From the NCBI GenBank assembly GCA_964016885.1, contig OZ024748.1, positions 20,274,001 to 20,338,000 of the forward strand: a DNA stretch of 64,000 nt. Direction: 5' to 3'. Under the pieces are notes generated by a model that saw only the letters and a program-made list of their open reading frames with translations, was not told the DNA's origin and did not search any database. The first letter of the stretch is position 1. Each line of letters starts with the position of its first letter. Source of the stretch: Eledone cirrhosa. Taxonomy: Eukaryota. Shown here piece after piece: positions 1 to 14,565 of the stretch. A program made the translations under genes and the position numbers.

Positions 1-61
1 TGAGTGCATTAATGATTTATTTAATCCTGAGATCAATGTAACTCAGTAACCTATGATATGT

Positions 62-333
62 ATCATCATCATCATCATTGTTATCTACTTCTTCATGCTT
101 GCATGGGTTTGATAGATCTTTCCAAGCACTGCTTCACTCCACTTACTTCATTCCTTCACATCTTCTTTGTTAGGTTCTGCATTTTGAGATCAACTCTTAT
201 CATTTCTGTCCAAGTCTTTCTTGGCCTTCCTCTGTTGGATCCTCCTTCCACTGGGAACTCCTGACACTTCTTTACCCAACAATCATTATCCATACACATC
301 ACATGCCCATACCAGTGCAGTTTTCTCTCTTGC
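62..333 (-). mobile_element. RTE-clade LINE 3' fragment
   Basis: Reverse strand encodes KLHWYGHVM...GRPRKTW and ends in a (GAT)n tail. Confidence 0.8.
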
Positions 334-341
334 TATATACA

Positions 342-995
342 CATCATCATCATCATCAACGTTTAACGTCCGTGTTCCACGCTTGCATGGGTTTGGATGG
401 GGGTAGTCCCACTTGAGGCAAGAGTGATTGTCTTGCTCGCATAGGACTGTCTGGCAGGTTTTCTACAGTTGGATGCCCTTCCTAACACCAACCACATTTA
501 CAGTGTGGGTCTGGGAGGTTTTTACCGTGTTGCCTACACGGCCACATTACAGCGTGGACTGTGTGTTTTTTTGTCGTGACACCTACGCGATCTCATTTGT
601 TTCGGCCTGGATGGTGTGGAACCAACATAACTTTACATAGAACGGGGTGGTGTGGATGGGGTGGGACGGGGTGGGCCGGGGGGGGGGGGGGGGGGGGGTT
701 GGTTAGAGGTGCCTACTGGCTGTAGTAGGTTTTACTATGTATTTAGGTAAGGCGGGTCTTCTCTGTTACTGAGTACCGCCAAAGGTCTCGGTCCAGTGAC
801 ATTGTCTTGGAGAGGTGTAAGTGTGTGAGGTCGGAGTTTATCAGCTCGTCCCAGGTTTTTCTAGGTCTGCCTATTCCGTGGCTACCGTCTATCTTTATTG
901 CCCTGCACTTTGTTATACAGCTATCGACTTTCATGCGCATCACGTGTCCATACCAACGTAGCCTTCTCTCGAGTAAACAACATCTGATCCCTCTT
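342..995 (-). mobile_element. RTE-clade LINE 3' end with long 3' UTR
   Basis: RRLRWYGHVMRM...GRPRKTW...EKTRL, then a UTR containing GGAAGGGCATCCA and a GGACGTTAAA(TGA)n tail. Confidence 0.85.
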
Positions 996-1130
996 ATATA
1001 TATATAATATATAATATCTATGTATATCATCACCATTTTAATGTCCATTTCCCTGTTAGTAAGGGTGTATATAGATATAATAAATAAGAGAGATGGTTTT
1101 ATCCGTACATCTTCATTTTATTACATAATT

Positions 1131-1199
1131 CTATTATACGTATTTCAAAGATGTCAGACTGGTTATATAATAACCCCTTCATATGTTTTCATTAGATAG
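1131..1199 (-). ncRNA. Degenerate hammerhead motif (core CUAAUGA)
   Basis: Minus strand reads CTAT-CTAATGA-stem II-GAAA-TACGTA-TA-ATAG. Confidence 0.5.
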
Positions 1200-2009
1200 T
1201 GTAAAATGTATTTTCCTATCTATTGATATATTACTGGTTTCTTGTGGTGTTCACATCGATGACCAGTACCCATATGAACAGTATTGGTATTGAAACTCCG
1301 ATTGATACCTTACCAAGAAAATCCTAAGGAATACAAATCGTTGAGTGATTTATGTCTGTTTACGAAAAAGTCGGCAGATTATATGATCAACCGACTTTCA
1401 TCAACTGAATAATATATATATATTTCTTCAAGATTACATTTTAAACTTAGCTCCATTTAAATGATTATTTATCTGGTTAATTTCTACGGACTAAGATGAA
1501 AAATTAGGTAAGTTTTATCTGACTGTTCTTCAAATTTATAATTTTAATATATATATATATGGTTGCCAAGGATGAAATGAAGCAAAATTGTGCAAAAAAT
1601 ATTTGAATTTTTTTATACTTACTGTTTTCTCTCAGTTATCCATGCTTTGACATTCATGAATATTAACATCACACATCCAAAAGTTTTGATGGATTTACTA
1701 AAATTATTAGTTATGACATAATTAATAATTTTAGTAAGTCCTTCAAAATTCTTCATTAATTAATTGAAATAGCTTGTATTTCATTATATATACAATCATT
1801 AGATAGCTAAATTTAAAGTATTTACTTTAAAATAGACAGTATTGTACCTTGCAACCAAGAGCAGATTTAGGTGGGTTGATATCAAAAGAGTTAGCTATTT
1901 TCATATCGAACCCACTCCCAAAACTACTTCTGGTGTTCTTATCCCTACTCACTGGTTTTGGAGTGAAGTTGGTTGCCTGCAGGTGCAAGCGCTGCAGGCA
2001 TGTCTTCCT

Positions 2010-2540
2010 CACCATCCTCTGTAGCAATGTCTTTGCCATCCCATTGGCCAGGACCATGAGGTGAAGTGGCTATTCCAGTGCATCTCCCTACTGTCCTCCA
2101 GGACAATGTCTTCTCCATCCTGTTGGCCAGGACCACAAGGTGGAGTGGGGGATCCAGTGCGTCTCCTTCGCTGTCCTCTAGGGGACCAATGTCTTCTCCA
2201 TCCTGTTGGCCAGGACCACAAGGTGGAGTGGGGGATCCAGTGCATCTCCTTCACTGTCCTCTAGGGGACCAATGTCTTCTCCATCCTGTTGGCCAGGACC
2301 ACAAGGTGGAGTGGGGGATCCAGTGCATCTCCTTTGCTCTTTTCCAGGGGTGTAATATTTTCACCATTCTGTTGGCCAGGACTACAAGGTGGAGTGGCTA
2401 TTCCAGTGCATCTCCTTCGCTGTCCTCTAGGGGACCAATGTCTTTTCCATCCTGTTGGCCAAGACCACAAGGTAGAGTGGCTGTTCCTGCGTGTCTCCCT
2501 CACTGGCTTGGAGACCAATGCCTTCTCCATCCTGTCAGCT
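2010..2540. repeat. 83-bp minisatellite, about 6 copies
   Basis: CCATCCTGTTGGCCAGGACCACAAGG recurs at 2115, 2198, 2281 and onward. Confidence 0.9.
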
Positions 2541-3772
2541 GCTGGGATGCGGAGATGGAGGGTAAGTTAGATAGAGAGGAAGAGATTTGAATTTTTTCCA
2601 AGACATCAGCAAACTCAAGGTCACGAGGTAAAATCATCCCAATTAAAATATCCCTACATAATTTGATATGAGACGTTTTTGTTTAGATGTCTTACAAATA
2701 CCATCTTCTCAATCTTGTCTACCGGGACCATGAAGCAGACTGACCCTTATGTTTAATTTATGGTAGTGGCATATGGAATAGATTTACTTCCATAAACAGG
2801 AGTAGGTTGCGAAAGGAAATATGATTCTGACCCATATTCTCTCTAACTTCCCATTCATCATCCTCAAAAGATCACTTATGTTAAAACCCCCATCTTGATA
2901 GTGAAAATAATTCATAATTTTAGAAAATCCTTCCAAATTCCTCATTAAGTACATACAGTATATTTCATTTTAAAAAATGGTTATGAAAGGGCTAAATTTA
3001 TATGAAATATATACTAAATGATTATGAAAGGGCTAAATTTATATAAAATGTATATTAAATGGTTATGAGAGAGCTAAATTTAAATGAAATACTTTAAACT
3101 CTTAACATCCTGTAACCTGAAACCACATTAACAGGACAGGCTTCTAAAATATAAAACTGTACGATGACTGCCTCACATTAAAAATCAAAGTCTTTACTCT
3201 AACAACTACACATTTTCACAACATCAATCTCTCCACCAATAAAGATAATATAAACATTTGAATTAACAAACCCATTTCTCTTTTTTTTTTAGATGTTTTC
3301 TGCTAAATTCTTACAGGATGATTAGAGTTAAAAGGAACAGTACAGCACAGCTCCCATGACTTTCGGAAATATTTGTTTCACACTCAGAGTTGCTGAAGCA
3401 TGGAATAAACTGCCTGCATCAGTTGTTAGCTGCCGAGACACAGCATCCTTTAAAACCTCCATGCTTCCTGATATTTGCCAACACTAAACCTGATATACCC
3501 CCTCCATACACACGCACACATGTATATGTTGACGCATACATGTATATCAAATGACACGTACACTGTTCACTTTCCTGACATTTGTACATTATTCTATGTA
3601 CTATTCATGCACATTTGATGAGTTGTAGTGCACCTGAGCACTGTACACAATAATTTCATTATTATTATTATTCATATCAGAGAAGGAAAAGTAGTTTTCA
3701 GGGGTAGGTGTATCAAAAAAGGGTTATAAGTGGGTTTAAAACTTTCTACTTATTGAAAATTCCTGTACTGAC

Positions 3773-3837
3773 CTCCTTTTACGATTTTCTTCTTGCCACT
3801 GATGGGATGTGACCACTGGGTTGATTTAGTGGCATGG
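3773..3837 (-). CDS. WWOX: WW domain-containing oxidoreductase, coding exon 2
   Basis: Pyrimidine tract plus CAG acceptor, GTCAGT donor, 65 nt, phase-compatible with exon 1. Reads (N)HATKSTQWSHPISGKKKIVKG: end of WW1 and the NLS-like GKKK (human [21 protein letters not shown]). Exon 3 was not found in the window. Confidence 0.95.
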
Positions 3838-4253
3838 CTGAGGGAAGAGAAGAGGAAGGATTAGATAAGAAAAATGTCTGACTTCATGAAAGAACTTCTC
3901 TACAGCCAACATAAGTATGACAGCCTATAAATTGTTTTCTGGGGGTATATATGTATGTGTGTATGTGTCCGTGTGTTTGTTTGTGTGTGTGTATGTGTGT
4001 GTGTAGGTATGTGTGAATGTGTGTGTGAATGTGTGTGTATGTGAATGTGTGTGTGTATGTGTGAGTGTGTGTATGTGTGTGTGTATAATGTGTGTGCGTG
4101 GGACCTGAAATAGGCAGGAGTGAAGCTGTAAAGCTGTGTATGTGTGTATAAATCAGTATGCACATCTATACATCTATGTGTATAAAAATATATAATTGCC
4201 CATCTAAAAACATCCCAATACATATCTATCTGCACGCACATGTTTATATGTAT

Positions 4254-4286
<33 letters not shown>

Positions 4287-4484
4287 CACACACACACATA
4301 CATTTATACACATGCATACACTACTACAAATATACATGCTCAAATACATGTCAATTCATAAACACACATATACATCCAAACACTTTTCATCATCAATATA
4401 TATATACAGTATATATATATATATATATACACACACACGTACACATATCAACACACCTACACATACTTGTATGGGGTGTATCTA

Positions 4485-4529
<45 letters not shown>

Positions 4530-4583
4530 AACACAGACACACACACATACATACATATATAGGTTGTTTATGTATATATATAT

Positions 4584-4620
<37 letters not shown>

Positions 4621-4814
4621 CAGTGTTGTATCTGGCTGTTTACATGTAAATAATCAACTTGTATACAAACGACATTGTTACATCAACAATGAAAACATAT
4701 CCACATGATTATTGGATGGGAACTCATCTTAAAATACAGGACAAAGTTACTGGCACTCTCTCATGACCCCTAAACCACTCTCCCCCCCCTTACCCCTAAC
4801 CCCTGAAACCCTCT

Positions 4815-6320
<1,506 letters not shown>

Positions 6321-6928
6321 AGAGTAATAGAAATACAGAAAGAAAGACAGAGACAATGTAAAAATAAAAAAAATTAAAAAAAAAAGAAATCAAACAAGAA
6401 CCTAAAAAGACATACCACCCGCCCCACCCGCTTCTCAAATCTTAACCAGTAATTTAGTAAGTGACAATATAGTTTATAGAAAGAGATGTGATCTTAGTTG
6501 ACCTCAACTCTTATGTCACCATAAAAATTGGTCAGAATTGCTCATGTGTTCAGATAACAACCCTCAACCAACCAAACTTATAATTCTTCATTTCAACAAA
6601 ACCGATAGCAGAAACAGTTCTCACATTTTTATTTCATTTTATTTCATTTTATTTTTGTGTTCTTTTTTGTTTTTGTTTTCATTCTTTCTTTCTTTCTTTC
6701 CTTCGTTCCTTGCCTATCCCAACTCACTCACTCTCTCTCATGACTTCACCTTCTACGCCTTCTTTTTCTCTTTCTTCTGTTCTTCTAACTACCCCTGACC
6801 CCTACCACCACCACCATCACATCACTATCTGGTTTCCAAAGAAGTCAATAACAAAATTTCAATTTTGTTGGCTCTATTGCGGTTCACAGCAGTACTCCTT
6901 TATCTCTCTCTATGTATATATATATATA

Positions 6929-7020
<92 letters not shown>

Positions 7021-7034
7021 TATATATATACACA

Positions 7035-7117
<83 letters not shown>

Positions 7118-7234
7118 ATATATATATATATATATAGACATATATATATCCATATGTGTATGTATATATATATATATATGTCTATATATATATATATACA
7201 TGAATGTATTTTTATGTGTATATACATATATATC

Positions 7235-7268
<34 letters not shown>

Positions 7269-7712
7269 TATATATATATAAATATATCACTCTATCATGT
7301 TATTAATCTTAAGAGGAATTAAGAGTGCAACAGTCTATTTAGTTTCTCAACAGTTTATCTCCTTATTTAAAGACCTTTCCTCCCAAAACACCAACAACAA
7401 CAACACCAACACCAGACATGTCCAAACAATTAGCCAGTTTTTTTGCTGATTTCTCTAAAAACTACAACAAAACACTAACAATAAAATCTCAATTTACTTC
7501 TGATTCTTTATTGTATATATTTGGCTTTCAGTTTTAATTTTTTTTCTTATCTAAGAATTTTAAGGAGATGCCCATGGAATGAAGGAACACAAGATGAGGG
7601 AATGGTGTACTGGGAAAAAAGACCCATCCAACCCTTACAAACATGGACAGGCAGATGTAAAATGATGATTAGGAAGAGATTATATATACATATATATCTG
7701 TATGAGTGTCTC

Positions 7713-7771
<59 letters not shown>

Positions 7772-8167
7772 GGCTCAGAAATACTCTTTCTTTGAGCTAT
7801 TTCATTGTAAGAGACTGCCTGAGTTTTGAACTCATTATTATTGATTTATATATATATATATATATATGATGATGATTTCCTTCGAATGAAACACTTCTAG
7901 CCCTGTAGAAGCCATTTTTATATTAAAAATCTATACTCTGCTATGTGCAGAATATTAGGTAATGTTAATATACGTTATGTAATTTGGCATGGGACCGTGC
8001 CGTCAGAAGGATTTCGCCACCCGTAATGAAAAGACCAATATGGTGTGCCCCTACCTTCAGTGGCTGAAGCAAGTGACTGTAGTGGTTTACAACTTCTAAT
8101 GAGGTGTGATGTCCCATCAAAGAGAAGATAAGCCAGACCTGACCATTTACAGGAACATATACATCCA

Positions 8168-8366
8168 AGGTACGTGGCTGAGTGGTAAGAGAATTGGATT
8201 CACAATCGTGAGGTCGTGAGTTCGATGTGTTATGTCCTTGAGCAAGACACTTTATTTCATACTGCTCCTTCTACTTGGAGTTGCAACCGATAGAGAATAT
8301 TAGCAATTGGAAAGACCAACAGAAACATTGTTTTTCCTTATTTTGATTTGATAAAAGTCGATCGAC

Positions 8367-8370
<4 letters not shown>
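8168..8370 (+). mobile_element. tRNA-CORE SINE, third body type (copies at 43541-43752 plus and 51875-52110 minus)
   Basis: TGGCTGAGTGG / GAGTTCGA boxes, CORE-like segment, shared GACCAACGGAAACATTG body. Confidence 0.75.
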
Positions 8371-8397
<27 letters not shown>

Positions 8398-9050
8398 CAT
8401 CATCATCATCATCATTTAACGTCCATTTTCCATGCTAGCATGGGTCAGGACGGGAATTGTCCCACTTGAGGCAAGATTGGTTGTCTTGCTCAGGACTGTC
8501 TGGCGGGTTTTCTACGGCTGGATGCCCTTCCTAACACCAACCACGTTTAGTGTGGACTGGGAGGTTTTTACCGTGTTACCTACATGGCCACATTACAGCG
8601 TGGACTGTGTGTTTTTTTGTCGTGACAGCTACACGACCTCATTTATTTAGGACTGGATGTTGTACTACCAACATAGCTTTACATCAAAAGGGGTGGTGTA
8701 GATGGTGGTGGGGGTAGGGTTGAGACGGGGGTGTATTTTGGTTAAGAGGTGCCTACTGACTGTAGGTTTCGCTTTGTACTTAGGCAAGGCGGGTCTTCTG
8801 TAATACTACGTAGCACCAAAGATCTCGGTCCAGTGACATTGTCTTGGAGAGGTGTAAGTGTGTGAGGTCGGATTTTATCAAGTCGTCCCAGATTTTTCTG
8901 GGTCTGCCTACTCCGTGGCTACAGTCTATTTTGATCACCCTGCACTTTTTTATACAGCTGTCATCTTTCATGCGCATCACGTGACCATACCAACGTAGTC
9001 TTCTCTCGAGTAAACAGCATCTGATCCCTCTTATTCCTAATAATTTCTCA
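8398..9050 (-). mobile_element. RTE-clade LINE 3' end (same family as 342-995)
   Basis: Colinear near-copy of 342-995. Confidence 0.85.
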
Positions 9051-9913
9051 CTTATATATATATATATATATATACCCCAGCATGGCCACAGCTGGATGGC
9101 TGGAACAGGTAAAAGAGTAAAATATATATATATATATATATAGATAAATCTACCAAAAGTTTACGGTAGTGTCCAATCCGTATGAAGAACTCAATGTAAT
9201 CCGGATATCATGGAAAGAAGAGATCACTTTCGGTGAAAGATAAACGGAATACAGAGTCAAGATAAAATATTAAAAAAATAATGAATAAAACAATGAAACA
9301 GTTCCTTAAGACAGCATATATATGTGTTGGTATGTATATTCTCTTTGATAGTTTGTATAATTTTGTACATAGATCTTTTGAATATGCATGCCAATTCTAA
9401 CACATATATGTCCTAGAAACGATCGTTAAATAATGAACTTTTTTTGTTTAATATAAGGAACTGTTTCATTGTTTTATTCATTATTTTTTTAATATTTTAT
9501 ATATATATATATATATAAGAATAAAGAAAGTGTTCAAGAGAGGAAATGCTATAAAGATAGCTAATAAAATAGGGAGAAGACCCTTCAGAGATGGAAAACG
9601 AAGTTGCGATTGGGCCGGTTTGAGAAATTGAACCCCATATCTCACAGATATCAGTATATGATGATGACAATGAAGGTGGAGGTGGTGGGCATCTCTCATT
9701 TGCCATGTAGGTGGGGCAGGCTGGGGTGAGGGCATCAGATGAAGGTCACAGTGCCAGGACAGGTTACATAAAGTGTGGATGTTTACATAGAAATTGGATG
9801 AGTTTAAAAAATTGTGTATATATATAATTGTGTATATATTATATATATATATATATTTATATATATAGTAATAATAAATATGAAGACTAAAATCTGAAGA
9901 GGGCTCAATAAGG

Positions 9914-9946
<33 letters not shown>

Positions 9947-9954
<8 letters not shown>

Positions 9955-10272
9955 AGATCAAAAGATGGTTAAAGGAGTTCCATGTATTTTATTATGCGCA
10001 TTTCAAAAACAAACATCATCATGCAATAATATTTGTGTTTTCATCAGATAAAACAGGAGAACATGATATGAAGGCTAAAAAACACTTGTGGATAGTGCAG
10101 TTTTAAATCAACATAAAACTGCACTATCCACAAGTGTTTTTTAGCCTTCATATCATGTTCTCCTGTTTTATCTGATGAAAACACAAATATTATTGCATGA
10201 TGATGTTTGTTTTTGAAATGCGCATAATAAAATACATGGAACTCCTTTAACCATCTTTTGATCTTATATTAT
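9947..10272. repeat. Perfect inverted repeat, 159-bp arms, 8-nt loop
   Basis: Arms 9947-10105 and 10114-10272. Confidence 0.95.
10164..10234 (+). ncRNA. Minimal type I hammerhead ribozyme motif (exact mirror copy on the minus strand at 9985-10055)
   Basis: Stem I TGTTTTAT/ATAAAATA; CTGATGA at 10172-10178; 16-bp stem II with one mismatch; GAAA at 10215-10218; stem III with palindromic GCGC loop; AUA cleavage triplet. Confidence 0.72.
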
Positions 10273-10355
10273 GTATACTCCAGTCCTACAAACTGTAGAG
10301 TGCTTCTTATCCGATATCTGCATTGCTTTATTGTACTACAATAAAACTCACCTCC

Positions 10356-10420
<65 letters not shown>

Positions 10421-11056
10421 GTAGAGCAAATATTTATTATAAGAACAAATTAAAGATTAAGATCCCGTTAAAGGTGAAAACAGTGATTCTTTGCTTAAAC
10501 TTTAATCTGTTCTTATAATAAATATTTATATATATATAGAGAGAGAGGGAGGGAGGGAGAGAGAGAGAGAGGGAAGGGGGAGTATACTGGTATACATGAT
10601 GAAACCATCCTATGGTACAAGACAACCACCAAATAGAGACCATAGTGTTAATAAGTCGATGACAGACAAGAAATCTACCCTCTCATCCATTCCCTCACCC
10701 TCGGCTCTCTCTCTCCCTCACACATACACACATTTTCTCTCTTTCACTCCCTCCCTCCCTCTCTCTCTCTCTCTCTCTCACTCTTTCATTCTCCCTCTCC
10801 CCCCTCTCTCCCTCACATTTTCTGTCACCCTCACTCTTTCCCTCTCCCTCACATTTTCTGTCTCTCACTCTTTCGTTCTCTCTCTCTCTCTCTCTCTAGC
10901 TCTCTCTCTCTCTCTCTCACATTTTCTGTCTCTCTCACTCTCTCTCTCTCTCATGCTACCTCTCTCTCTTCCACATTATTCTCTCTCTCTCTCACTCTCT
11001 CTCTCTCTCTTCCACACTATTCTCTCTCTCTCTCACTCTCTCTCTCTCTTCCACAC

Positions 11057-11092
<36 letters not shown>

Positions 11093-11570
11093 CACTATTC
11101 TCTCTCCCTCTCTTCCACACTATTCTCTCTCTCTCTCTCACTCTCTTCCACACTATTCTCTCTCTCTCTCACTCTCTTTCACCCTATTCTCTCTCTCTCT
11201 CTCTCACTCTCTCTCTCTTCCACACTATTCTCTCTCTCTCTTTCTCTCTCTCTCTCTTCCACACCATTCTCTCTCTCTCTCTTCCACACTATTCTCTCTC
11301 TCTCTCTCTTCCACACTATTCTCTCTCTCTCTCTCTTCCACACTATTCTCTCTCACTCTCTCTCATACTCTCTTCCTCTCTTACACACTATTAACAATGG
11401 TTTATTGTAGAGAACTTTCTCACAAAGATTGATATCTATTGAGAGAGGGTGGGGGGTGCAATAGGAGTGGAATAGTGATGAGGGGGGGTCAGGAGACAGA
11501 AGTGACTCCAAGACACAACAAATGGCCATGTCATTATAAACCTAAACTTTCGCAGTTGGTAGTTCCATGC

Positions 11571-11608
<38 letters not shown>

Positions 11609-12086
11609 AATATACACATATATATACATATATATATATACATAAACATATATATATATACATATATATATACATATATATATACATATATATATACATA
11701 TATATATATATACATATATATATACATATATATATATATCATCATCATCATCATTTCATTTTACGTCCGCTTTTCCCTGCTTGCAAGGGTGGGATGGGAA
11801 CTGATTCTGGCTTGATTTCTACAGCTGGATGCCCTTCCTAACACAAACCTCATTTACAGTGAGTGCTGGGGGCTTTTTTGCCATGGCACCTCCACGACCA
11901 CTTTGCAGTGGAATGATAGGGACCCCAGTCCCTATCATCTCATTTCTACAGCTGAGTAAACTGGAGCAATGTGAAATAAAGTGTCTTGCTCAAGGAAACA
12001 ACACATCACCCGGTCTGAGAATTGAATGCACAACCTTTCGATTGCAAGGCCAATGCTCTATATATATACATATATATATATATATC

Positions 12087-12460
12087 ATCATCTTCGTTTA
12101 ACGTCCATTTTCCACACTAGCATGGGTTAGACGGGAATTGTCTCACTTGAGGCAAGGTTAGTTGGATGACCGTGTCTCACTCATATAGGACTATCTGGCA
12201 GGTTTTCTACAGCTGGATGCCCTTCCTAACACCAACCACATTTACAGTGTGGAACTGGGAACTTTTTACCATGTTACCTACAAGGCCACATTACAGCGTG
12301 GACTGGGTGTGTTTTTTGTCATGACACCTACACGATCTCGATCTCATTATCTCGTGCTGTTGGTGGGAGTGGGAGGATAGGGTAGGGGTAGTGGATTGTG
12401 GTGTATATTTGGTTAAGAGGTGCCTACTGACTGTAGGTTTCGCTTTGTACATAGGCAAGG
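12087..12460 (-). mobile_element. RTE 3' UTR-only copy (others at about 21651-21990, 27683-27845, 27295-27522, 34015-34175)
   Basis: Matches the UTR part of 342-995. Confidence 0.75.
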
Positions 12461-12554
12461 ATATATACATACATACACATATATATATATATGTGTATAT
12501 GTATATGTATATATGTATATATATATATATATATATGTGTGTGTATATATATAA

Positions 12555-12615
<61 letters not shown>

Positions 12616-12620
12616 CATAT

Positions 12621-12681
<61 letters not shown>

Positions 12682-12911
12682 TGTGTATGTATGTATTTAT
12701 ATATATATATATATCATCGTCATTTAACATCCCCGCTACCAAGGGTTGGCCATGCCATCATAGACAAGTTAGTATTGAAACAGGGCTACTGACCCCTCAC
12801 AAGGGTTGGGGACCAGTCTCACACTTTCTCATGTTCCTACACACTACTAGGTACATTTTATCATGGCAGCAGCACAGAGGGATTGTCCTTCCATATATAT
12901 ATATATATATA

Positions 12912-13420
12912 TCATCATCATCATTATCATCATCATCACCGTTTTACGTCCGTTCTTCCACGCTAGCATGGGTTAGACGGGTTGTCCTGTTGTGGGCAGT
13001 GTCTGGTCGGCTGACCATGCCTTGCTCATACAGGAACTGATTTGGCTTGATTTCTACAGCTGGATGCCCTTCCTAACACCAACCTCATTTACAGTGAGTG
13101 CTGGGTGCTTTTTCGTGGCGCCTACACGTCCACTTTACAGTGTGGGCTGGGTGCTTTTTTGCCGTGGCACATCCACGACCACCTTGCGGTGGGGGGTGTG
13201 GGGGCATATTGTCTATATGCTTCAGCTTGTACCCATGGGAGGTCAGGTACTCTGTATTACTGCGTGACGCCAGAGGTCACGGTCGTGTGTCATTGCCTTT
13301 GAGAGGTGTAATTGGGTAAGGTTGGCTTTTATCACCTCATCCCAGGTCATCTTGGGTCTTCCCACTCCGCGGTTTCCATCGACTTCTAGTGCTCTGCACC
13401 TTTTTATGCAGCTGTCATCC
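12912..13420 (-). mobile_element. RTE LINE 3' end, second subfamily (UTR copy at 62056-62388)
   Basis: DDSCIKRCRALEVDGNRGVGRPKMTWDEVI plus UTR and (TGA)n tail. Confidence 0.8.
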
Positions 13421-13867
13421 TTATAAATATATATTGATATATATGCTACGAAGGGTTGGATGTATCTATTTAGACCAAGTCATACTGAAGCAGGGCTACT
13501 GACCTCCCAGACATGTTGAGGGGTCTGTATCCTGTTTACATACACTCATTTATTACAACAGAAGATGTAAAGATGATACTATCTCTCTTCTTTTTCCTAA
13601 TATTCGATATTCCATCTGATACTATATAGATAATACTCCATGGTACCCATGATGTGGAGTGCTTACATCTCATTACATTACAATCGGTGGTGTAATCAGA
13701 CTGGTATTTTATTTTATCATGTTTCAATGGATGAAAGGCAAAGTTGATCTTGCCATGATATTAACTCAGAACATAAAGGGCCAGAATACTACAAGGTGAC
13801 TCATCCGACACTCTAGTCTTTCAATTAAAACCCTGCCCCCTAGACTGGTACTTTATTTATAGACCCT

Positions 13868-14065
13868 GAAGGAAGATGCAGTAGAGGAAGAGCACGAAAA
13901 GAATGGGCTGGGCAGAGGTGGTGAGAGCTGACCTCAGATCGCTGAAGCTCACAGAGGAAATGACAAAGGACTGTGACAAATGGAGAGATGCTGTGCTGAA
14001 AAGGACCCATCCCACCCTTGCAAGCAAGGAAAAGCAGACATATGATGATGATGATGATGATGATG
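13868..14065 (+). mobile_element. RTE LINE 3' end whose tail is shared with the tRNA-CORE SINE
   Basis: WAEVVRADLRSLKLTEEMTKDCDKWRDAV then CCCACCCTTGCAAGCA...(GAT)n. Confidence 0.75.
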
Positions 14066-14565
14066 AAAGGCTGAAAAAGAAAGTCAACGACAGCAACATT
14101 TGAACACAGAACATAAAGTACCAGAATAAATTATCTTTCTCATTATTAAGATGGCATTTCAGTGCAATGGTTTGGAAGAATTGGTGGAGAGTTGAACAAA
14201 ATACTTTGTAGCATTTAGTTATAGTCCTTTACATTCTGAGTTCAAATCCTACTGAAGTCAGCTTTGCTTGTCAACCTTCTGGGGTCGATAAAATAAAGTA
14301 CCAGTTAAGTACTGGGTTGATATAATAGACTTTCCACTTCCTCTAAAATTGCTAGCCTTCAGCCAATGTTAAAAACAATTATTAAGATGGCATTCAGAAT
14401 ATAATAAAATGTTCTTACACAAAATTATGATGAATGAGAGATATTTTTTTGGTAAATTTAAAAACTTTAAAATAAACAACTTTGTATCATAGAACCAGGG
14501 ATAGTTGCAGATGGTTTCATATCAAGTTAAATGAACAAAAGTGAATATATTTTTTTAAATGACTA

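Noticed and set aside
1-3772. WWOX exon 3 (second WW domain, LPYGWE-like)
   Set aside because: No matching minus-strand exon was found; it presumably lies left of the window.
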